A stretch of DNA of 64,000 nt, taken from Candidatus Bathyarchaeota archaeon (GTDB taxonomy: Archaea > Thermoproteota > Bathyarchaeia > Bathyarchaeales > Bathyarchaeaceae). The notes under the pieces were generated by a model. It was not told where the DNA came from. It searched no databases and saw only the letters and a program-made list of their open reading frames with translations. The stretch spans positions 1 to 64,000 of the forward strand of contig CAVOMX010000024.1 in assembly GCA_963697165.1 (NCBI GenBank), read 5' to 3'. This document shows positions 21,841 through 32,620 of the stretch, piece after piece. A program made the position numbers and the translations under genes. Each line of letters opens with the position of its first letter. Position 1 is the stretch's first letter.

Positions 21841-22777
21841 CTAACGAGTCTTTCCGAGGGCTTCCAGTGCTGAAGCAACAATCAATGGGAAAGCGATTGT
21901 AGCGTCGCAGATGACGGTTACCTCTTTTCCTTCAGGCTTCACTTTTCCCCAACTAATCGCCTCTTTCAAAGTAGCTCCGCTTAGACCACCTGGTTCTGGA
22001 CGGTCCATAGTGATCTGGATTGCACGAGTCGACTCCTTCTCTGAAAGTGTTGGCGAAGAGGGCGTAGTGTTTTGGCCAGCCGCCTCCCAAGATTATCATT
22101 CCTACTTTTTTGGCTTCGTAAACAATGTCCACGATTGTGTGGGTGTCAAGTAGTGGGTCGAGTCTCAATTTTTTGTCTTGCCCATACATCCACATGTGGA
22201 AGCCTGCTATGGAATCAACTAATCCGGGGCTTATGATGGGAACTCCTTTTTTTGCTGCGGTGGCGAGTATCGAGTCTGGATCGGAAATGTTTTTTCCTAT
22301 CTCGAAAAGAAGTTCGGTTGTGGATATGCGTTCTCTCTTATTTTCAGGTATTTTTTCGAGGGTTTCGTATATCCAGTCTTCTAAGCCTTTGAAAGCGTTC
22401 TGTTCAATGTAAATATCGCCTATTCGACCGATGTCTTTATTCTTTAATTCTTCGTCTTCGGCAAGAAAGGTGCCTATCCAGTGACGGTGCCCTAGGGCTT
22501 CCACCATGTCATGTACCATGTTAGCTCCGGTGGTCACAACCACATTTACGTATTCTTGGTCTATCAGGTCTCTAATTATCTGCCTCATTCCACCAGGAAC
22601 TAGAGGACCTGCCAAGGTCAAAAATACGGTGTAATCTTTGTCACGAAACATCTCTGTTACAATTTCGGCTGCCTTTCCAATGTTTCCGGCGCCAAGCACC
22701 CCACATTCTTTCATTTCAGAAACAAGGGCGCCAACGGTTAAGCCACTATTTAGTCGGATGTGTTTTACGCGCTTCAA
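21841..22777 (-). CDS. dhs: Deoxyhypusine synthase (frameshift near 3' end)
   Basis: TTGANMVHD, RIGDIYI, LGGGWPKH; shifted frame EAISWGKV...DATIAFP; adjacent to aIF5A. Confidence 0.95.
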
Positions 22778-22856
22778 CTTTTTTCGCCACAGTTACAACT
22801 ACTAAGGTTGTGATTAGCGTTTTAAAAAGGTAGTTGAAGAGCCCAGAAAATAGGGT

Positions 22857-23251
22857 TTAGCCTTTTGTTCGGGTTATTCTGGTTCTGCCTAGAATTTGCC
22901 AGTATTCAACTTCAACGCCGGAAGTCAATTTAGCTTTTAGTTCTTCATCTTCGGGGTAAGGCGATTCAGTCATCTCGTAAGTTTCCAAGTCCATTAACTG
23001 AACAACCGCGGGCAACAATGCGATGACTTGACCAGTTTTTTTCTCGATTAGAGGAACATCAACCTGTGCACTTACAGGTTTCACGATGGTCTTTTTTGCA
23101 TCGTTAAAAACGCCTATGGCTACAACGCGAGCCTTTGCGGCACCATGTTTTCCGGGCTTCGATTTACTGAAGCTCACTATTTTGCAGGGTTCACCATCGA
23201 TGATTACGTAGCTGCCGACTCTTAGTTCCCCACATCCATAGGTTTGCTCAT
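22857..23251 (-). CDS. eif5a: Translation factor aIF5A (5' frameshift)
   Basis: SKPGKHGAAK hypusine motif; start MSKPMDVG. Confidence 0.96.
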
Positions 23252-23517
23252 GTTGTCCAGTTCTCCTAATAGAAGAATTTCACGCATTTCTCTGTTAATA
23301 ATCTATCGCCTAAAATACACCTCAGACAATCCGAACGGTAAGTAACGTAAAATAGACAGTTTTACATGTTCCATATTGGATGTAAACCGAAGATGCTTTT
23401 TTCTTGTTGGGAACCAGAAAAGGTTAACGCCAGAGAGTCTAGTCACCATAGAGCTGAAGGTGTTCCCGAACAGCAGTTTCAATCGTCTAGAGGACGATTC
23501 GCTAGAGGTGAAAATCG

Positions 23518-24039
23518 TTGAAAGAAAAAGTAATAGTTCTTGATACTTCAGCGTTCATAGCAGGTTTTGACCCATTGGCAGTCCCAGAGAAGCAATACAC
23601 TGTCTTTGAGGTAAAGAACGAACTCAATGCAGATTCTATGCCCTGGATGCGCTTCAACGCAGCAATAGAGAACGGGAAAGTTACGATTCTGAAGCCGCAG
23701 GACTCAGCTTTCCAAGAGATTCTGGAAGCATCCAAAAAGGTCGGGGACATGCGTAACCTCTCTGAAGCAGACATGCAAGTTCTAGCCTTAGCTTTGGAAC
23801 TGAAAGGCAGAGGTTTAACTCCATTAATTGTCACGGACGATTATTCGATACAGAACGTGGCTAACAAAATTGATGTCGAGTTCACGTCGTTAATGACTTT
23901 CGGGATAAAGTTTCGTTTCAAATGGATTCTATATTGCCCCGCATGCTACCGCAAATATCCTTCAGATTACAAGTTCAAATCATGCCAAGTCTGCGGAACC
24001 GAACTTAAACGGAAACCAAAGAAAAAGTCGCGCTTATGA
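23518..24039 (+). CDS. nob1: Nob1-like PIN/Zn-ribbon rRNA endonuclease
   Basis: VLDTSAFI, LSEADMQVLALA, TDDYSIQNVA, CPAC...CQVCG. Confidence 0.92.
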   Translation: MKEKVIVLDTSAFIAGFDPLAVPEKQYTVFEVKNELNADSMPWMRFNAAIENGKVTILKPQDSAFQEILEASKKVGDMRNLSEADMQVLALALELKGRGLTPLIVTDDYSIQNVANKIDVEFTSLMTFGIKFRFKWILYCPACYRKYPSDYKFKSCQVCGTELKRKPKKKSRL

Positions 24040-24068
24040 CTGGTTTGCCAGAAGGTTTACAGGTAAAA

Positions 24069-24179
24069 TGGCGCCGGGGATGGGATTTGAACCCATGTGG
24101 CGCCAAGCACCACCGGTTGTCTTCTGACCCACAGTTGAGTCATTTCGAGACCGGCACATTACCGCTCTGTCACCCCGGC
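24069..24179 (-). tRNA. tRNA-Ser(CGA) with a 25-nt intron at position 37/38 (24119-24143); CCA encoded
   Basis: GCCGGGG/CCCCGGC acceptor stem, CCGGT-CTCGAA^A-ACCGG anticodon arm, long variable arm, GGTTCAAATCC T-loop, G discriminator. Confidence 0.92.
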
Positions 24180-24290
24180 AACCAAAAGGGTAGAGTTTGT
24201 TTATACTTAAAAGCACTTTTGCCCAAAAAGCATGCAGAACACATCCAGCAAAAAGAGAGCGTTTCTTAAAAACATTAAACAAGACCGCCA

Positions 24291-25854
24291 CTACGTGAAG
24301 GATATGTACAGTTTTTCTTCTCTTTGTTCAAAACAGATGTGTTTTAGCCAGTTTTTGTCGTCGGTGGTTGGGTAATCTGTTCGGTAGTGGGTTCCTCGAC
24401 TTTCTTTTCTAGTGTGAGCGGCTTTTGTTACTAGGTTAGCTACGGTCACCATGTTTTTTAATTCAAGAAACAGCGTGTTTACTCCGTTCCCGCCAAAAGC
24501 ATCCAGTCTTCTGTTTAGATGTTCCAGTTTGCTAAGCATTAGGCTCATGTTTTCTTCGGTGCGGATTATTCCAACATAGTCCCACATTGCCTTTCTCAAT
24601 TCTGTTTTGATATAGGTCAGTTCTTGAGTTTCTATGTTAGAGAATACTGTTTCTTTTTGTTGTGGCGGCGCTTCAATTTTGTTCTTCAGATAATTTTTTG
24701 CTTTTTGTGCTCCGAGAGAAGAGAAAACAACAGACTCTAACAATGAGTTACTAGCAAGCCGGTTAGCCCCATGTACTCCAGTGCAGGTGCATTCACCAAA
24801 AGCCAAGAGATTGGTTACTGTAGTTTCTCCATACTCGTTTGTTTTGATGCCCCCGCAGATATAATGCGCAGCAGGAGAAACAGGAATCAGGTCCTCTGTA
24901 ATATCTATGTCATACTTCAAGCATTCTTGATGAATCATTGGAAAACGATCTAAAATGAAAGCTTTGCCTTTGTGTCGAATATCCAAGTAGACGGCCCCGC
25001 TCTTGTGTTCGTTGAATATGGTTCGGGATATGATGTCCCGTGGAGCAAGATCGCCCATGTTATCGTAATCCAACATGAAACGTTCCCCAGACTCATTTAC
25101 AAGAATTGCTCCCTCGCCACGAAGAGCCTCTGAAATCAGAAAGTGAGGGGCACCAAGTTTATTCAATGTGGTAGGATGAAACTGCACAAACTCCATATCT
25201 TCAATTTTAGCACCTGCCCTGAGAGCCATGACAATTCCGTCGCCGGTAGCAATTTCTGGGTTTGTCGTATTCTGATAAATGTAACCGATACCGCCAGTGG
25301 CCAGTATGGTTGCACGCGCAAATATGTCACAGACCTCTCTTTTTTTTATGTCCAGTATCTTTGCGCCAATGCATTCTCTGTCCTTTAGGACAAGGTCGAT
25401 GGCGACGCAGTTCTCGAAAACTTCGATGTCCTTGTTTTCGCGGATACGTTTAGTCATTGCCTGTTCTATTTCTTTTCCAGTTGAATCTCCAGAATGAAGC
25501 ACCCGTGCAATGCTGTGTCCGCCTTCGGTAGTTAGATGAAGCTCATCATTCTCTTTGTCGAAGTTTACTCCAAAAGAAAGCAGGTTCCGAATAGCTTCTG
25601 GACCTTTTTCAGCAAGCAGTTTAGCTATCCGTTTGTTGGATAAGCCAGAGCCAACACTCAATGTGTCTTCGATGTGCAACTGAACGGAATCATCTTTTCG
25701 GGTTACTGCGGCGATTCCGCCCTGAGCAAGGTTCGTGTTTGATTCCATGATTTCCTTTTTTGTTACAATCGTTACTTTTCCGTACTTTGGCGACCTTTAG
25801 GGCAAAATTCAAACCCGCTATGCCGCTTCCAACAACTAAAAAGTCCGTGTTCAA
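24291..25854 (-). CDS. nadB: L-aspartate oxidase (5' frameshift)
   Basis: VVGSGIAG upstream; AQGGIAA, EGGHS, QFHPT, GVHGANRLASNSLLE, ESRGTHYR. Confidence 0.95.
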
Positions 25855-26809
25855 AGCGTCATCTCCAAACTCATATCTAACACCATTGCAGAGTGCGTTA
25901 GATACCCCAAAGACACAACGTCTATTCCAGTTTTAGCATATTCCTGATATATTTTCTGGAGTTATGTCGCCCGAAGCCTCCAAAAGAACAGAGTCATAAA
26001 GGACATCTTTACGAAGAGTCTCAAGGGTCTCCTTGATTTCTGTAGGCTTCATATTATCAAGCATTACAACGCAGGGCGTTATGAGACGCAAAATTTTAAA
26101 TTTTCTCGCTGCCCTTAGAGCCTCTTCGTGGGAGGTTGCTTCAATTTCTATGAAACCAACCTTATCTGCAAAAGCTGAAGCCTTGGCTATTGCAACCTCA
26201 ACATAATCTGTTACTCCTTCGCTCTTCAGGGCTTCAAGATGATTATCTTTAATCAATATGGAATCCCAGAGCCCAAAACGGTGAGTTAAACCGCCTCCCA
26301 AGAAGACGGCTTTTTTGTCAAGATACCTCAAAAGTGTTTTTCGGGTTGCAGCTACTCGGGTGGTATAGCCTTCCAGCAGATCAGTCAAACGTTTAGTTTC
26401 TGTGGCTACCCCAGACATTCTCTGCAGAACATTTAAGCCAATTCTCTCTGTTTCCAGAATGTCTTTTTGTTTGCCGTAAATCTCCAGAATTGTTTCTCCA
26501 CTCAGAACCTTTTCGCCGTCTTTTTTGTAAACTTTTACTGTCTAAACAATGCTTCCGAAGAAACCAGCTTACCTCTTCGAGTCCCCCGATGACTCCTGAC
26601 GCTTTGGCTTTCAAGAATGCTGTTATGGGCTCGTTTTTTGTTAGAATTGCTTTGCTGGTTATATCTCCAGTGCCAACATCATCATGGTATTCTTTGTCAA
26701 AAAAAGCGTCTAGCCATTTAAGATAATCATTATTGTTTAGATTGAGTTCCTTTCCTTTCTGGTAGGCCATTTCAACAAGTTTTTGCCGGTCCAAGACGTC
26801 AGTCCACAT
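25851..26809 (-). CDS. nadC: Quinolinate phosphoribosyltransferase (frameshifted)
   Basis: GDITS, MSGVAT, ATRKT, HRFGL.D.ILIKDNH, MLDN, EASG, SLGYLTHSA. Confidence 0.93.
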
Positions 26810-27707
26810 TTAACATTCTATCCAGAGCCTTTTTAGCTCTGACCCTTATATCTTCTGGAACCGTGACCTTAAACTGCTCATTCTCTAGAGAATCCAAAAC
26901 AAGCTTCAAAGTGATCTTCTTCATTTGAAGGCAGGTTCCTCCAGGCGGGGCTTGGAAAAAGACTTTCTCTGGAAACTCAAGCCTCAACCGCTCTATCACG
27001 CCAATCTCCGTGGCTATGATGAACGTTTTATCTGGGCTCTGTTTCACGTAGTTGACCATGCCAGTTGTGCTAAAAACTTCGTCAGCTAAATCCACAACTT
27101 TTGGGATACATTCGGGGTGAACTAGAACTTTTGCGTTTAGATGAATGGCTTTTGCTTGGATAAGCCCTTCTGGAGAAAATTTGTTGTGAACATAGCACCA
27201 CCCGTCCCAAGGGATAATTTTCTTGTTAGTATGCCTCATAACATACTTTGCCAAGTTGGAGTCGGGCACAAATATGACCTCGTCTTTCTCTAAAGAGTTA
27301 ACCACTTTTACGGCGTTTGCGCTAGTGCAACAAATATCCGAGTCAGCCTTCACATCCGCGCTTGTGTTAACATAACTCACAACGGCAGCTCTAGGATGCT
27401 TTGCCTTCAATTTTCGCAAACCAGCAACATCGACCATAGCTGCCATTGGACAGTTCGCCAGCCGAGTGGGAATCAAAACCGTTTTGTCAGGATTCAAAAT
27501 GTAAGCAGATTCTGCCATAAAGTCAACACCACAAAAAACTATGATGTCTGCATCGGTTTCTGTCGCCTTTTTGCTCAACCCGTAGGAATCGCCAATAAAA
27601 TCTGCTACATTATAGATTTCTGGTCTCTGGTAGATGTGGGCCAGAATTACAGCGTTTTTCTCCTTTTTCAGTTTATTTATTCTTTCAATTAGATCCTTTT
27701 CTTCCAT
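26799..27707 (-). CDS. nadA: Quinolinate synthase
   Basis: ILAHIYQ, FCGVDFMAE, YVNTSADVKA, VHPEC. Confidence 0.97.
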   Translation of the reverse strand: MEEKDLIERINKLKKEKNAVILAHIYQRPEIYNVADFIGDSYGLSKKATETDADIIVFCGVDFMAESAYILNPDKTVLIPTRLANCPMAAMVDVAGLRKLKAKHPRAAVVSYVNTSADVKADSDICCTSANAVKVVNSLEKDEVIFVPDSNLAKYVMRHTNKKIIPWDGWCYVHNKFSPEGLIQAKAIHLNAKVLVHPECIPKVVDLADEVFSTTGMVNYVKQSPDKTFIIATEIGVIERLRLEFPEKVFFQAPPGGTCLQMKKITLKLVLDSLENEQFKVTVPEDIRVRAKKALDRMLNVD

Positions 27708-27761
27708 TCTGCCACACTACTTGCCCTAAAAAACTAGAGGCATACTAGCAATTTAAACATG

Positions 27762-28760
27762 TTACGGAAGCTTTGGCATAACAAGATCGGCGATATCCAA
27801 GCTGTTGTCGTAAATTCGGCGTATTGAAGAAGCAACTGCAAGAAGATTGCGCCCCACCTCAGCGGGAAGATCAGGAATGGCTGTTTCAATCTCGTGAAAG
27901 ATAGATTCGACCTTTTCTCTTTCAGACCGTACCGACTCTGCAACAGAAACGTCATGATAAAACACAGCGCTTATGGCGGTCTCGTGAGACTCGTAGGCAA
28001 CCTTGTGGAGCTGAAGAATTAGTTCTGAAAGATTGTCCGCAATTTTGGCACCAGCTAACTTGATTACAGTCTCACCGATAGAGGCCGAGTGGTCGCCTAT
28101 AGATTCAACCAAACTCGCTGCCAAACGGTAATCTAAACAATCGATCGGCAAAATACCGAGTTTTTCGCTCAGCCCTGGGTTTTGAATAACGGTTCGAAGA
28201 ACGCGCACCAACAGAAAATATAAGCGGTTAACTTCGGTGTCTCGTGCAACAACATTTTTGGCTAATTCCACATCGCCCTCAAGAAGAGCGGTTACGGCGT
28301 CACGATGCACTCCTGAAACTATCGAATATTCTCTTCGAAGAATCTTTTGGGGCGGAAAAGTAGAGGGCTCCAAGAGACACTGCATAACAATTTTGGAGTG
28401 GTTCTCCTCAACAATCTCAAGACCAACCAAACGAGTGGACGCCTGTTTTACCCGCTCACGGTCTAGGGGGCTAATTCTCTCTTTAGCTTGAACGTGAATT
28501 ATGTCATATCCCAATAAATATTTCTCAATGATTACACGATCAAGTAAAGGAGAGGGTGTAATCACTGCCACTCGAGGAGTCCGCTCTACATTATATTTCG
28601 GGTTGATAACAAGTGTTCCATTAGCGGTTTCGGTGACCGAAACAACAGTTCCACGATCAAGCCCGTTTTTCTCAGCCCAATCTTTAGGGAGACATACGAA
28701 AAAGGTTCCGCCACTAGTTCTTTGAATCTTACGGAGATCCATATCTAAAGCCTCAAGCAA
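27762..28760 (-). CDS. phoU: AbrB/PhoU-family phosphate uptake regulator
   Basis: RKIQRTSGGTFFVCLPKDW AbrB domain followed by two PhoU repeats. Confidence 0.9.
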   Translation of the reverse strand: MLEALDMDLRKIQRTSGGTFFVCLPKDWAEKNGLDRGTVVSVTETANGTLVINPKYNVERTPRVAVITPSPLLDRVIIEKYLLGYDIIHVQAKERISPLDRERVKQASTRLVGLEIVEENHSKIVMQCLLEPSTFPPQKILRREYSIVSGVHRDAVTALLEGDVELAKNVVARDTEVNRLYFLLVRVLRTVIQNPGLSEKLGILPIDCLDYRLAASLVESIGDHSASIGETVIKLAGAKIADNLSELILQLHKVAYESHETAISAVFYHDVSVAESVRSEREKVESIFHEIETAIPDLPAEVGRNLLAVASSIRRIYDNSLDIADLVMPKLP

Positions 28761-28966
28761 ATATATACTGAATTAGTTTAAAGCACAACTGGATTTTTAA
28801 GAGTTAACTAAAAAATGTCTGAAGAACATGAAAATATCCTAACAGGTATAGACACCCAGTAAAGGAGGAAAACCTGAAGAGATATTTTTTGTCCAAAGAA
28901 CAGAATTAATAGGATACGAAGCACATATTACCGTTTCAACAGAGGGAATCAAACGAGGCAAAAAGT

Positions 28967-30511
28967 ATGAGTGAAGGCGAAAGGTTACAAAAAGCCGTTT
29001 CCTTCACAATAGAATCAGGATACCAACTGGAAAAAGAGGCTTTCGAATTTTTGAATGCAGTAGCTAAAACAGAAGACCCGCTCTACTTAATGGAAGAAGC
29101 TGTCAGGAAAATCAGAGATTTACCTCAAAAGCCTCTGTTTATAGACCGAGTTTTTCTGGAGGCTATGAAAAGAGAGCCTTGTGTTGAAGAAGAAAAAGCT
29201 ATTCAAATCAATTCAGTGTCAACCACTTCGGAATCAAGGAAGACTTTTAGACCGTACGCTAAAGATGTTGAAGGTGAAATAAAAGTTCTCATGGATCCAA
29301 CAAAAAAAATATGCACAACAGGCACCATCAATGAATATCTGGAATACTTTCAAGACAGGTTTGAAAGGTTAAAGAAGATTCTTAGAAAAAGAATGGATGT
29401 AAAAAATGCGGTACCCATATCGGTTGCACTAAAGGCGCCGACCAAATCAAAGGTCAACATCATAGGTATGGTCACGGAAAAAATAGAGTCTAAAGAAAGA
29501 CTCTTCGTGAAAATCGAGGATCTAGAATCAAGCGCCACCGTACTCGTGTCTCCAAACTTAAGCAAGGAAATTATAGAAAAAGCCCGTTCTCTACTCTTAG
29601 ACCAAGTTATTTGTGTAAACGCGATAAAAGGAAACAACGACCTACTTATCGCAAAAGACTTCATCCTACCCGAGGTGCCACAGAAGACACCCCACAAAGC
29701 CTCAATCCCAGTCTATGCGGCTCTAATGTCGGACATTCATATTGGAAGCAAAAAATTTATGGAAAAAGAATTCAACCAATTTCTACGGTGGCTAAAAGGA
29801 GAAAAAGGCAACGAAAAACTCAGAAACATCGCCAGTCACACAAAATATTTGGTAATAGCAGGCGACATTGTAGACGGAATAGGAATATACCCAGGGCAGA
29901 TGGAAGAGCTAGCGATAACAGACATTTATGAACAGTACCGTGAAGCAGCAAAACTTCTTGAACAGGTTCCGGAACATGTTGAAATAATAATTATTCCCGG
30001 CAACCATGATGCATCTAGAAAGGCATTACCACAACCTGCAATACCCAAAGAGTACGCAGAACCGCTATACGAAACCCATAAAATATATTCGCTTGGAAGC
30101 CCATCCACAGTCAGCCTCCACGGAGTGGAGGTACTTCTATTTCACGGACGGAGCTTAGATGACGTCGCTGCTGTTGCCCCAAACGTCAGTTTCGATACCC
30201 CCGACAAATCGATGAAGCTTTTGTTACAGGGCAGGCACCTTGCGCCCATTTACGGGGAAAGAACACCCATTGCCCCAGAAAAACGGGATTTTATGGTTAT
30301 AGAGAGAACACCGGACATCTTCCACGCTGGACACGTTCATGTCCTAAAATGTAACAATTACAGGGGAACACTCATTGTGAACTCAGGGGCGTGGCAAGAA
30401 CAAACAGATTTTCAACAAAAAATGGGGCTTGTTCCTACCCCTGGAATCGTGCCTGTAGTAAACCTCCAAACATCTATGATTTCAACAATAAATTTTACGG
30501 AACCTTGGTGA
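28967..30511 (+). CDS. DNA polymerase D small subunit DP1
   Basis: SDIHIGS, AGDIVDGIGIYPGQ, PGNHD, HLAPIYG, GHVH, NSGAWQ. Confidence 0.97.
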   Translation: MSEGERLQKAVSFTIESGYQLEKEAFEFLNAVAKTEDPLYLMEEAVRKIRDLPQKPLFIDRVFLEAMKREPCVEEEKAIQINSVSTTSESRKTFRPYAKDVEGEIKVLMDPTKKICTTGTINEYLEYFQDRFERLKKILRKRMDVKNAVPISVALKAPTKSKVNIIGMVTEKIESKERLFVKIEDLESSATVLVSPNLSKEIIEKARSLLLDQVICVNAIKGNNDLLIAKDFILPEVPQKTPHKASIPVYAALMSDIHIGSKKFMEKEFNQFLRWLKGEKGNEKLRNIASHTKYLVIAGDIVDGIGIYPGQMEELAITDIYEQYREAAKLLEQVPEHVEIIIIPGNHDASRKALPQPAIPKEYAEPLYETHKIYSLGSPSTVSLHGVEVLLFHGRSLDDVAAVAPNVSFDTPDKSMKLLLQGRHLAPIYGERTPIAPEKRDFMVIERTPDIFHAGHVHVLKCNNYRGTLIVNSGAWQEQTDFQQKMGLVPTPGIVPVVNLQTSMISTINFTEPW

Positions 30512-30551
30512 ACACCCAACAAAAAAGATGGTTAGCCCTTTTTCAAATTCA

Positions 30552-31787
30552 TTAAACGCCAGCAAAACAGTTAGGGACGTAGCCTAACAGCTCCCGGAAT
30601 CGGTCATTGTTCGTGAACACGTTCCTGATAAGACTACGTCCTATGCCTAAACGGATTTTTTTTGTACGCCCATGTCGACCCATGCTCACAACACGTGCGT
30701 TTAATAATCCAATCATGTCTAACTCGCTGATTAGACCACTTACCCGTCTCTGAGTCAGCGGCGAGAGACCAGATTGATCACAGAGTTCACAGTATATTCC
30801 GTAGATGTCTCCGGTGATTGTGTAACTAATTTTTGTCCTCCCCAACAGATAAACACTGCACAAGACTAATTTGGAGTGCACAGGAAGATTTTCTAAAACC
30901 TCCACGATTCGATCATGTTCCACACGCTTTTCTGCCTGTCGCACATTATCTTCGCTAACACATTCTGCACCCTCCCGTTCTGCTAATTCGCCTGCAACAC
31001 GAAGAAGGTCTAAAGCTCGTCTGGCATCACCGTGCTCTGCGGCAGCCAACGCAGCGCACAAGGCCACAGCACTATCTAGAAGAGCACCTTCAGAAAACGC
31101 TAGTTGAGCACGTCTCCAGAGGATGTCTTGGAGTTCAGCTGCATCGTAAGGTCTAAAAACTATCTCTTCTTCGCTTAAGGAACTTAGAACCCGTGGATCC
31201 AAAAACTCCTTGAATCGGAGGTCGTTTGAGATTCCTATTATGGATGTTCGGCCGTGAAGAAGAGTCTCATTTACTCTGGTTAATTCGTAGAGCAGGGTGT
31301 CGCCACGAGCTTTTATCAGAGCATCGATTTCGTCGAGGACAACGATGAAGATTTTTCTTTGTTTTTCTAGACCCTCTTTGAATCGGTCAAAGACTTCTCC
31401 GACAGCCAAACCTGTGAAAGGAACCTTCACATCTAAAGCGTCACATAAGCTTGAGAGAACTCGGTATTCAGTGCCAGCCAAACGGCAGTTTACGTAACAA
31501 AATTCAATATCGGCTCCCAGTTCATGTGCCTTAGAGGATAGTTTATTCAAGACGTATTTGGTGACTGCTGTTTTTCCGGTTCCAGTTTTTCCGTAAATGA
31601 AGGCATTGGAGCAGGGAGAACCTCTCAGGACGGGTGCAACTATTCCGCCTAAACAATTAATCTGTTTATCGCGGTGCGGTAGTTTGTCTGGGATATAATC
31701 ATGGCGTAATACTTCTCGGTCTTTGAAAATGTGGGTATTACTCAGAAAACGATCGAAAACGTCTTCAAGAGTATCAATTTTGGTCAG
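30552..31787 (-). CDS. cdc6: Orc1/Cdc6 replication initiator
   Basis: The frame stays open upstream of the track ORF and includes YIPDKLPHR and Walker A GKTGTGKT; LDEID, GDARRALDLL, C-terminal wHTH with GRHGRTK. Confidence 0.97.
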   Translation of the reverse strand: MTKIDTLEDVFDRFLSNTHIFKDREVLRHDYIPDKLPHRDKQINCLGGIVAPVLRGSPCSNAFIYGKTGTGKTAVTKYVLNKLSSKAHELGADIEFCYVNCRLAGTEYRVLSSLCDALDVKVPFTGLAVGEVFDRFKEGLEKQRKIFIVVLDEIDALIKARGDTLLYELTRVNETLLHGRTSIIGISNDLRFKEFLDPRVLSSLSEEEIVFRPYDAAELQDILWRRAQLAFSEGALLDSAVALCAALAAAEHGDARRALDLLRVAGELAEREGAECVSEDNVRQAEKRVEHDRIVEVLENLPVHSKLVLCSVYLLGRTKISYTITGDIYGIYCELCDQSGLSPLTQRRVSGLISELDMIGLLNARVVSMGRHGRTKKIRLGIGRSLIRNVFTNNDRFRELLGYVPNCFAGV

Positions 31788-31966
31788 TCTGGTAATCTCC
31801 TCTAAGAGGTAGTGAAATTATTGCCTCGATTGTGTTTCCAGTAGATAAAAACTCTCATAAAAAAAAATAGACAGTTTGCACAAAAAACTAAAGGGAGACA
31901 AAAATTTCTAGGTAAAAGCGGTTTTAGGTTGTTTGTAGATGTTGAAGAGGGATTACAGACTCCCGC

Positions 31967-31988
31967 ACCCCTGTATTTCTCATGGAAA
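31967..31988 (-). promoter_or_regulatory. ORB element
   Basis: Reverse complement reads TTTCCATGAGAAATACAGGGGT. Confidence 0.75.
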
Positions 31989-32176
31989 AAGTAAGGTTTC
32001 TGCACGATTTATTTCAGAAAAGAATAAAATTTACAAAGTAATTATTATTAAAGAAAAAAATCTCTCAGACATTATTTCTCAATTTAGTATTTATTATTAG
32101 TCATCAAAAAAATTAGATCTAATTCTACATTTTTTTAACTTTAAGGCTTAACAGAAATCCTAACCGAACTTCTTTG

Positions 32177-32197
32177 ATACAATGGAAATGAAGGGGT
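32177..32197 (+). promoter_or_regulatory. ORB element
   Basis: ATACAATGGAAATGAAGGGGT. Confidence 0.75.
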
Positions 32198-32254
32198 CGG
32201 AGTCCTAATCAAAACTTTTGAAACCAAACCGTATCTTCTTGAGACACACTAACT

Positions 32255-32602
32255 GTTAATTGACGAAGAGTCTTCCTTATTTACTTGTTAACTTGGTTGT
32301 TAACTTTGCTGTGAACTCTTGTGAAATTAACTAGTAGATTTCATGTTTTTTGCTGTTTATTCTGGAAAATAGGCTCGATTATGTCTTTTCACGAGTATAG
32401 AAGCCACCCCTTGGTTTCTACTGGAAAACAGGATTCGTTCCTTTCTCTTTTTTTATTTTGTAAACGTGAACTGTAGTGAAGCTTGTGAACCTAATACGCT
32501 TGCAATTTTTGGTTTTTTTGGATTTTTAGGCATTTTTAGAGCTTTTTCACTGGACACTATCTACCACAATATCTATAACTTGTGAATAGTTAATTAGTGA
32601 AA
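32255..32602 (+). repeat. Phased GT(G/T)AA short direct repeats within oriC
   Basis: Copies at 32255, 32287, 32299, 32311, 32321, 32466, 32476, 32485, 32582, 32589 and 32597. Confidence 0.65.
32406..32427 (-). promoter_or_regulatory. ORB element
   Basis: Reverse complement reads TTTCCAGTAGAAACCAAGGGGT, close to the ORB consensus. Confidence 0.85.
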
Positions 32603-32620
32603 CACTAACTGGTGCGTGGC

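Larger units (their letters stand above)
31830..32610. other. Chromosomal replication origin (oriC) adjacent to cdc6
   Basis: About 800-bp AT-rich non-coding region with several ORB-like boxes, next to cdc6 and DP1. Confidence 0.85.

Noticed and set aside
24069..24179. tRNA-Sec or an integration site
   Set aside because: The anticodon reads CGA and the acceptor stem is a standard 7 bp. No duplicated tRNA 3' end or integrase was seen in the window.
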